From IMG/VR virus record IMGVR_UViG_3300002895_000002, positions 64,001 through 128,000 of that record: a stretch of 64,000 bases of DNA, one strand, 5' to 3'. The notes under the pieces were generated by a model, which was given only the letters and a program-made list of their open reading frames with translations, was not told the origin of the DNA and did no database searches. The position numbers and the translations under genes were made by a program. This DNA comes from a virus (Duplodnaviria > Caudoviricetes). Shown piece by piece: positions 57,230 through 64,000 of this stretch. How positions within the stretch are numbered: position 1 is the first letter of the stretch; every line of letters starts with the position of its first letter.

Positions 57230-59008
57230 ATGGCAAATCTACTCGAAATAATCAAACATCCGTTTCAAACAATTGAAGAAGCTCTGAACAAACCGTTCTA
57301 CAGTCCTGTTGAAGCTGAGCTTGAGGCTCTCAAGGATTCGAGTCAGATAACCAAGGAAAAGGATACTGAACGCGGTTACGTTGCTTACGATCCATTCTCT
57401 GTCACCGCGAACATGGATCTCATCAGCTCCATTTCTGCGAATGGAAACTATGTCGATCGTCTTCGTAAGTGGCGGGATGTTGCTCAGCTTCCTGAAGTTG
57501 ATGAAGCCATTCAAGAGATTGTGAACGAAGCTATCGTTTATGATGATATTGAAGAAACGATTAAACTGAACCTGGATGGAGTTGAACTTCCCGACAAGTT
57601 TAGGAAAGCCATGAAAGACAGTTTTAATCACATTCTCTACTTACTCGACTTCAACCAACGCGGTGATGAACTGTTCCGTCAGTGGTATGTTGACGCTAAA
57701 CTGGCCCTTGAGGTTGTGTACGATAACGAGAATGTTCAAGCTGGTATCCAAAAGGTTGTTCTACTTCCTCCTCAGTACATTACCAAAGTCAAGAACGTTC
57801 AAACCGGTGAGTATCGATGGATCGTTAAGGAGAAGCCCTCATACAATCCAGTCAAAGATATTGAAGATCCAGAAAAGACTCTGTATGACGAGCAGGTCAC
57901 CTACATCGATTCCGGAGTATACTCACAGGATAAGAAATTTCCAATTTCTCATCTGAACAAGGCCCTGAAGGTTATCAACCAGCTGTATCTGATTGAGGAC
58001 TCAGTCATCATTTACCGGATCACCAGAGCCCCCGAGAAAAGGATCTTCTACGTTGATACAGGTAACCTTCCCAAGACCAAGGCTGAAGAATACATCAAGA
58101 GCTTGATTCTCAAGTATCGCCAGAAGAAGATATACAACTTCGAGACTGGTCAGGTTGAGAACAAAGCTAAGCAGATATCCATCCTGGAAGATTTCTGGTT
58201 CCCAGTCAACGCAGCAGGTAGGGGGACAAAGGTTGAGAACCTAGCTGGCACTGGTGCTGATCTTACCAACCTGGCTGACATTGATTATTTCCAGAACAAG
58301 CTCTACAAGGCACTGAATCTTCCTATCTCCCGGAGAAACCCGGAAGGTCGGATGATGATGGGGTCTAACCTGGACATTGAGAAGGACGAGCTCAAGTTCT
58401 TTAAATTCGTCCTCAAGCTACGTCGTCGCTTCAACAATATGTTCGTTGATTTGATGAAGAAGGACCTCTTGGCTAAGCAGGTCTTTACTCTGGATGACTG
58501 GAAACAGATCCAAGAGAAGATTAAGTTCATCTACGCTAATGATAATGCTTATTCTGAGATCCGTCAACTGCAAATCCTGAACATGAGAACTGAAGCTGCT
58601 CAAGGTCAATTTGGTTTGGTTGAGCAAGGCATGAATTCTAAGATCCGCATCCAGAAAGAAATCTTCAAGCGGACCGATGAAGAGATTATGGAGATTCATA
58701 ATGAATGGCTTGCAGAAAACCCACCGCCAGATGCATCTCCTGCTCAGATCCAGGAAATGATTGAAGAAGCAGTGGATGGACTCAGAGACGAAGTAAAATC
58801 CGCTCTCAGCTCAGTGATAAATACGTTGAACCTGGAGAATCTCGCAGAATTGGTTGCTGAGAAACTCAAGCCAGTTACCTCAAAAGATTCCGTCGTTATT
58901 AAGCGTTCTGTTCTCGAATCCATGAAAGAAGGCGATGTTATTGAAAGCGGAAACGAGCGATTGAAGGTCGAGAACGGCCGGGTTGTTTTTGAAAAAATAA
59001 CTAAATAG
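57230..59008 (+). CDS. gp20: portal protein
   Basis: PEVDEAI.EIVNEA, WYVD, EDSVIIYRITRAPEKRIFYVD.GNLPK.KAEEY, LEDFW and KLYKALN.P.SR. Confidence 0.97.
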   Translation: MANLLEIIKHPFQTIEEALNKPFYSPVEAELEALKDSSQITKEKDTERGYVAYDPFSVTANMDLISSISANGNYVDRLRKWRDVAQLPEVDEAIQEIVNEAIVYDDIEETIKLNLDGVELPDKFRKAMKDSFNHILYLLDFNQRGDELFRQWYVDAKLALEVVYDNENVQAGIQKVVLLPPQYITKVKNVQTGEYRWIVKEKPSYNPVKDIEDPEKTLYDEQVTYIDSGVYSQDKKFPISHLNKALKVINQLYLIEDSVIIYRITRAPEKRIFYVDTGNLPKTKAEEYIKSLILKYRQKKIYNFETGQVENKAKQISILEDFWFPVNAAGRGTKVENLAGTGADLTNLADIDYFQNKLYKALNLPISRRNPEGRMMMGSNLDIEKDELKFFKFVLKLRRRFNNMFVDLMKKDLLAKQVFTLDDWKQIQEKIKFIYANDNAYSEIRQLQILNMRTEAAQGQFGLVEQGMNSKIRIQKEIFKRTDEEIMEIHNEWLAENPPPDASPAQIQEMIEEAVDGLRDEVKSALSSVINTLNLENLAELVAEKLKPVTSKDSVVIKRSVLESMKEGDVIESGNERLKVENGRVVFEKITK

Positions 59009-59020
59009 GATATACAGTAG

Positions 59021-60298
59021 ATGAAATCCTTCAAGGATAGAACATTGGGTGAGCAGACTGGTCCTGTCGAGGTATTTGACACGATCATCCGCAAAGATCA
59101 CTTTGATGCACAGGTATTATCCGAGGCGATCGTCACTGCATTGTCCTCTATTCATCAACTGTCTGTGACCCAAGGTGAGCAAGGCCCGGCAGGGCCCTCA
59201 GGTCCTCAAGGCCCGCCTGGGGAGAAGGGTGACCAGGGTCTTACTGGACCTGAAGGACCGCAAGGTATCCCGGGACCAAAGGGAGACCAAGGCATCCAGG
59301 GCGAGCAGGGCCCACAAGGGGAACGGGGTCCTCAGGGTCCACAAGGTGAGCGTGGCGAGCAAGGGCCTGAGGGTCCTCGGGGTCCTCGGGGGGAACAGGG
59401 TCCTGAAGGTCCGATTGGCCCACAAGGGGAACAGGGTCCTCAGGGTCCACAAGGTGAGCGTGGTGAGCAAGGCCCTGTTGGCCCAAAGGGTGATAAAGGT
59501 GATAAGGGAGAACGTGGTGAGCAGGGCCCAATGGGTCTTGAAGGTCCGCGTGGCCCAGCTGGTCCAAAAGGTGATCCAGGTAAAGATGGAAAGCCAGGCA
59601 AAGACGGAGCTAAAGGACCGAAGGGTGAGAAGGGTGAGAAGGGTGAGAAGGGTGATCCTGGTCCTCAGGGTGAGAAGGGTGAAAGGGGTCCACAAGGCTT
59701 TACTGTTGTAGGTCCAGAAGGCCCTGCTGGTCCGCCAGGCCCACAAGGGGAACAGGGTCCTGAAGGTCCACAAGGACCAAAGGGCGATCCAGGCAAGACA
59801 CCCGCCCATCAGTGGAACGGTGCAGCTATCCGTTTTGAGAACCCAGATGGGACCTGGGGTACAGCTGTTGACCTGAGCAAGCTGATCGTTCGTGCACAAC
59901 CTACAGGTGGTGGGTCTGGTGCACATCCCATGTCGTTCGTTTATGATGGCCAGGTTTTACAAGAGCCACGGTACATCATCGTCGACGACCACAGCATGGA
60001 GTTGATCCCTGATGGGCTCGGTGGGGCAACACTGAAGGCCAAAGCTGGTGGTGGAGGGAATGTAGGGAACGGATGGGAGCGATCACTCTTTGTGGTAACT
60101 AATCCAGCTCAAAGAGACTACGTGGTTCCTGGAGCTATCTTTGAAAACAGCGAGACGGTAGATGTCAACGGTCTGGTTGTTGTGAATGATCCAGATTGGG
60201 ATTATGTCGTAATAAATAGTAACACCATAAGATTCAGTCCTGCAGTCATTCTGAAAGCAGGGTGGAGAATCCAAGTAAAGTACCAAACTCCGGTATAA
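59021..60298 (+). CDS. collagen-like protein
   Basis: Long G-X-Y run ([10 protein letters not shown]...) between N- and C-terminal globular parts. Confidence 0.9.
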   Translation: MKSFKDRTLGEQTGPVEVFDTIIRKDHFDAQVLSEAIVTALSSIHQLSVTQGEQGPAGPSGPQGPPGEKGDQGLTGPEGPQGIPGPKGDQGIQGEQGPQGERGPQGPQGERGEQGPEGPRGPRGEQGPEGPIGPQGEQGPQGPQGERGEQGPVGPKGDKGDKGERGEQGPMGLEGPRGPAGPKGDPGKDGKPGKDGAKGPKGEKGEKGEKGDPGPQGEKGERGPQGFTVVGPEGPAGPPGPQGEQGPEGPQGPKGDPGKTPAHQWNGAAIRFENPDGTWGTAVDLSKLIVRAQPTGGGSGAHPMSFVYDGQVLQEPRYIIVDDHSMELIPDGLGGATLKAKAGGGGNVGNGWERSLFVVTNPAQRDYVVPGAIFENSETVDVNGLVVVNDPDWDYVVINSNTIRFSPAVILKAGWRIQVKYQTPV

Positions 60299-60326
60299 CC
60301 GGACATTTCAAAAAGGAGAAAAACAG

Positions 60327-61187
60327 ATGCCTATCACACAAATCCATGGTAGCGATCAGATCCAAGATCTTACCATAAAGAACGTCGATGTGGCTACCGA
60401 TGCCGGTATCTACACAACGAAACTTCAGACCAATGCCAACTTCGACATGATGGATGTTGACACTGTCACGATGCGGAAGATCGTCAACCTGGCTGATGGT
60501 GTTGCTGACAATGACGGTGTGAACGTTGGTCAGCTGAACAATGCCATCACGACCGCTCTGACCTCGGCATTCATCTACAAGGGCACACTCGATGCCACCC
60601 TTGCAGCGAATCTGCCGACAGTCCCTGCTCCGAAAGTTGGTGACTTCTACAAGGTCACTGTTGCCGGTAACTTCGAGAACAGCGTAAGCCTGACCGATCC
60701 GACTGCCTACTTCAACATCGGTGATGCCGTTGTATGGAATGACACGACCTGGGACAAGATCGATAACGTTGACACCGTGTACAGCGAAGGCAACGGTATC
60801 AACATCACCACCAACGGTACGGGCACTGAGACTGTTTCTGTTCAGGCTAAAGCCAACGGCGGTATCGGTGTTGATGTAGACGGTGTTTACGTCGACCTCG
60901 ACGGCAACTCCCTTGTTGCTGGTCCGGGTGGTATCTCTCTGAACCAGAACGGCTTTGTTGTTGGTGAAGCTCCTGCTCAGGACGGTGGTGACGCTCGTAT
61001 CTTCACCTTGGCAAACACCCCGGTTGCTTCGTCCGAAGCCGTGTACTACAACGGTGTGAGGATGCGTCGTGGAGCCGGCAACGACTACACCATCGTCGGT
61101 GCGGTCATCACGTTCGCTGCTGGCGTAAGAGCACCGAACCTGCTCGTCGATAACGTCATCGTCGATTATCGTTTCATCCCGGCATAA
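60327..61187 (+). CDS. putative head/neck fibre protein
   Basis: QI.D.TI....I.T, IVNLADG..DND.VNV.QL, YKG, GD.YKV and SEAVYYNGVR motifs. Confidence 0.65.
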   Translation: MPITQIHGSDQIQDLTIKNVDVATDAGIYTTKLQTNANFDMMDVDTVTMRKIVNLADGVADNDGVNVGQLNNAITTALTSAFIYKGTLDATLAANLPTVPAPKVGDFYKVTVAGNFENSVSLTDPTAYFNIGDAVVWNDTTWDKIDNVDTVYSEGNGINITTNGTGTETVSVQAKANGGIGVDVDGVYVDLDGNSLVAGPGGISLNQNGFVVGEAPAQDGGDARIFTLANTPVASSEAVYYNGVRMRRGAGNDYTIVGAVITFAAGVRAPNLLVDNVIVDYRFIPA

Positions 61188-61248
61188 TCAGTAGCTGATG
61201 GTGGTGTGAAAGCCATCATCAGCACCAAGCAGCAACCAAGGAGCATCC

Positions 61249-61827
61249 ATGGCAATCACCAGAGTCACTGATGAGCAAATAAAAGACGAAGGCGTAACCA
61301 GAGCTGACCTGAACGTTTCCACTCCAGGTCAAGCGGTTATTACGAAAGTCGTTGCTGGACCTGGGGTGAGCATCAGTCAAACCGGTATCGATGACGGGAC
61401 AGGTGATGTCACTATTAACTATGCGGGAACATACTCGTTTGCTGAGTTGATAACATCAGCACCTCAAGCAATCGCTCAGAACGTAAACACGAAAGTTGTC
61501 TTCGGTACTGTCAGATCAGACCTAAATACTGAGTGGTCCACCGCCAATAACAGATTCGTTGCTAAGACAGCAGGGGTGTTCCAGGTCAACTCCATAATTA
61601 CCACCACCACGGCTTTCAATAACAGCATTTACTATATGTCCATCTACAAGAACGGTTCTGAATATGTAAGAGGCATTCAACATCAGAGATATAACGGATG
61701 GTCTGTCATGGTGAATGGACTTATTCCGCTTGATGTCAATGACTTCATCGAAATTTATGTGAGGTTCGATGCCTCAAGAACAATCGCTGCAGGACTTGGC
61801 TCACATCTGTCAATAGCAAAGGTATAA
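61249..61827 (+). CDS. fibre protein with C1q-like C-terminal domain
   Basis: KVVF....D...WS..NNRFVA..AGVFQV..IYKNG..L...D.IEIYV pattern. Confidence 0.6.
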   Translation: MAITRVTDEQIKDEGVTRADLNVSTPGQAVITKVVAGPGVSISQTGIDDGTGDVTINYAGTYSFAELITSAPQAIAQNVNTKVVFGTVRSDLNTEWSTANNRFVAKTAGVFQVNSIITTTTAFNNSIYYMSIYKNGSEYVRGIQHQRYNGWSVMVNGLIPLDVNDFIEIYVRFDASRTIAAGLGSHLSIAKV

Positions 61828-61828
61828 T

Positions 61829-62428
61829 ATGACTTCTCAAGAGTTGTTCAACTACATAGTACCCAGAAGCAACGTTATGCGTGCTGCTGAGATAATGTAC
61901 CCTGGAATCACTGCAGATGATTTCTCTGTCAGATGTGATGATGGGGTGAACTACTATGTCGACATTTGGAACACTGCTTTTGGACCGAAGCCGACAGTCG
62001 ATGAGATACTAGCGGTTGTTCCAATCGTTTATGCTCAGATAAAGCGAGAAGAAATCAACGAGGCACGTGATAAGGAAGAGAAACTTGGGTTCAACTATTT
62101 GGACAGACGGTTCGACTCCGATCACGAAGCACTCCGCCGAATAAGCGTTGCTGTAATGTCTGCACAGGCTGCTATCAGTAACGGAACACCCGAAGCATTC
62201 TCGATTATCTGGACTTGCCAGGATAACTCCACTATCACCTTGGATGCATTTCAGATGGTAAGTATGCCGGTTGCTATGGCACAACATGGTGCTGCCATAC
62301 ATTACTATGCATCAGATCTCAAGAACCAGATTGAATCAATCAAGCAACAATACATCAACCAAGAGATTGATATGCCAACCGCCGCCAACATGATGGAAGC
62401 AATAGTCTGGGCGTTCCAAGAACAATGA
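61829..62428 (+). CDS. DUF4376-like tail-fibre assembly protein
   Basis: EINEARD, FDSD.., W...DNS.ITLDA.QM and A..LK.QI pattern. Confidence 0.65.
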   Translation: MTSQELFNYIVPRSNVMRAAEIMYPGITADDFSVRCDDGVNYYVDIWNTAFGPKPTVDEILAVVPIVYAQIKREEINEARDKEEKLGFNYLDRRFDSDHEALRRISVAVMSAQAAISNGTPEAFSIIWTCQDNSTITLDAFQMVSMPVAMAQHGAAIHYYASDLKNQIESIKQQYINQEIDMPTAANMMEAIVWAFQEQ

Positions 62429-62880
62429 TACCAACAAGAAAGGAACGCTTTATGCGAGCCGCATTCTACATAGGTGATCCAAAGCTCAATCCTGATGCTC
62501 GGACATTTGACAAGCTCATCTCATGGTGGACGAAGTCTCCGTACACTCACGTCGAATGGGTGTTTGATAATGGGATGTGCTTCTCTGCATCTCCGGTGGA
62601 TGGTGGGTGCCGCTTCAAGAACATCGACATCACCACACCGAAGTGGAAAGTGGTTGATGTACACTGGGCGAACCATGACGAGATCTGGGAGTTCTGTACG
62701 GACCGCGATGGGCTGAAGTATGATTGGTTGGGGATCTTCCTGAGCCAAACTCTGCCGCTGAACGTTCATGACCCCAACCGGTGGTTCTGCTCGGAGATCG
62801 TTATGGCTTCATTGCAGTGCAAGAGACCCAATGCTTATAACCCAGCGGATGTCTATGAAGTTTTTACAAGAAATCGGTAA
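62425..62880 (+). CDS. permuted papain-like (NlpC/P60-related) peptidase/amidase
   Basis: YTHVE (His) precedes KYDWLG and WFCSE (Cys). Confidence 0.7.
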   Translation: MIPTRKERFMRAAFYIGDPKLNPDARTFDKLISWWTKSPYTHVEWVFDNGMCFSASPVDGGCRFKNIDITTPKWKVVDVHWANHDEIWEFCTDRDGLKYDWLGIFLSQTLPLNVHDPNRWFCSEIVMASLQCKRPNAYNPADVYEVFTRNR

Positions 62881-62923
62881 ATACAAAAAGGATAGATAAA
62901 TAACATCACGGAGGAACTAACAG

Positions 62924-63097
62924 ATGTCAATGAAAACTCAAACTATCGGTACCGCGGTGCTTTCCGCAGCGAAAAAAGACTATGCCGGCTTCTCGGATAG
63001 CATTGAGAAGATCTTTACTGCTAAGATGCAGGCAAAAGTTGATCAGATGGTCGCTGACAAAAAGAGCACTCTATTCCACAATGCGGAAGAGGAGTAA
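62924..63097 (+). CDS. prohead core protein gp67-like (57 aa)
   Basis: Manual translation MSMKTQTIGTAVLSAAKKDYAGFSDSIEKIFTAKM..; ATAAATA 62896, GGAGG RBS, directly before gp21. Confidence 0.6.
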   Translation: MSMKTQTIGTAVLSAAKKDYAGFSDSIEKIFTAKMQAKVDQMVADKKSTLFHNAEEE

Positions 63098-63099
63098 TC

Positions 63100-63783
63100 A
63101 TGAAGCCCAGTTTGTTGATTGAAGAGGTGGACTATCAGTCCATCGACAATCAAATCATTGTTGAGGCAGAAGAAGGATCAGCCCCGGTAAAGAAATATTA
63201 CATCAACGGGCCTTACCTTGAAGCTGAGACGAAAAACCACAATGGTCGGATCTATCCTCAGGCCGTTCTTGAGCGTGAGGTCAAGAAGCTCGTCGAAGGT
63301 AAGATCAAACAGAACCGGCTCATGGGTGAGCTGGAACATCCCACCACTACCACCATCAATCTGGATCGCGTTTCCCACCTGATCAAAGAACTGAAGATGG
63401 AGAAAAACATCGGCGTCGGGAAGAGCCTTGTTCTCGAGACCCCGATGGGTAAGATCGCACAGAGCCTGATCGACGCTGGTGTGAAGCTCGGTGTATCTAC
63501 TCGTGGTGTTGGCTCGCTGCGTGAGAGCATCGTCCAGAACGATTTCAGTCTCATTACTGTCGACATCGTTGCTGATCCTTCTGCTCCGAGTGCTTTCGTT
63601 GACGGCATCCTTGAGTCCAAGAAGGAATGGGTCATGGAGAATGGCATCCTGGTCGAGAAAGACTTGGAAACACTGGAAGAAAATCTTGATAAGTACACGG
63701 TAGAAGAGAAAGCAACCGCGGCTGTCAAGGTGTTTGAAGACTTTATGTCCATGATTCGCGGCGAGTACATCGCAAAAAAGTAA
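63100..63783 (+). CDS. gp21: prohead protease
   Basis: I.G....AE..N.NGRIYP, GELEHP, LDRVSH, GVSTRG.GSL and DIVADPSAP.AFV.GI.E. Confidence 0.96.
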   Translation: MKPSLLIEEVDYQSIDNQIIVEAEEGSAPVKKYYINGPYLEAETKNHNGRIYPQAVLEREVKKLVEGKIKQNRLMGELEHPTTTTINLDRVSHLIKELKMEKNIGVGKSLVLETPMGKIAQSLIDAGVKLGVSTRGVGSLRESIVQNDFSLITVDIVADPSAPSAFVDGILESKKEWVMENGILVEKDLETLEENLDKYTVEEKATAAVKVFEDFMSMIRGEYIAKK

Positions 63784-63860
63784 GAAATTTCGATGCTCTA
63801 TTATAAATAACCGTGTAATAGAGTTTCGGAAGTATTTCACGATAAGAGGAGACAACACAG

Positions 63861-64000
63861 ATGAAGGAACTTTTTGAGAAGATCAACTCAGAAGTTCTCA
63901 CCGACGAAGTAAAACTCCAGATCTCCGCTATCTTCGAGTCCCAGGTGAACGAGGCAATCAAAGCCAAGGAAGCCGAGCTCGAGGAAGCGAACCGTACTGA
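63861..64000 (+). CDS. gp22: prohead core scaffold protein, N-terminal part (runs off window)
   Basis: MKELFEKINSEVLTDEVKLQISAIFESQVNEA; follows gp21; TATAAATA at 63802. Confidence 0.7.
   Translation, partial: MKELFEKINSEVLTDEVKLQISAIFESQVNEAIKAKEAELEEANRT

Noticed and set aside
45773-59008. Introns or inteins in terminase, sheath or portal
   Set aside because: The ORFs are continuous with motifs at normal spacing and no intein C/HN signatures; the portal has only a C-terminal extension.
59175-59926. Alternative-frame ORFs over the collagen gene
   Set aside because: By-products of GGN-rich repeats that lack stop codons.
1-64000. Stop-codon reassignment
   Set aside because: TAA, TAG and TGA all end recognisable genes, and core genes are intact in the standard code.
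1-64000. tRNA/rRNA genes
   Set aside because: No cloverleaf with T-loop GTTCRA and CCA seen in the few intergenic gaps; tRNAscan was not run.

Overview
This is a 64 kb piece of a large T4-like myophage genome; no cellular genes, tRNA/rRNA or CRISPR array were seen. Left end: a 7-deazaguanine/nucleotide cluster (folE, TGT/DpdA-like, QueD-like, glycosyltransferase, SNase, thyX). About 9-26 kb: modular virion fibre/structural genes. About 26-35 kb: candidate head-internal proteins with T4 capsid-targeting-like N-termini, plus three adjacent nucleotidyltransferases from unrelated folds. From 39 kb on: T4-like morphogenesis genes (gp13, 14, 15, 16, 17, 18, 19, 3, 4, 2, 20, 67-like, 21, start of 22), interspersed with AT-rich free-standing homing endonuclease genes (HEGs). 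The main novelty is a ~85-nt three-way-junction element found five times. Each copy lies just upstream of a minus-strand HEG and is bounded by face-to-face ATAAATA late-promoter motifs. Its stems covary, and its variable loop matches the Shine-Dalgarno of its own neighbouring nuclease gene, which suggests an RNA-based HEG control module. All protein assignments come from motif recognition by eye; no database search was run.
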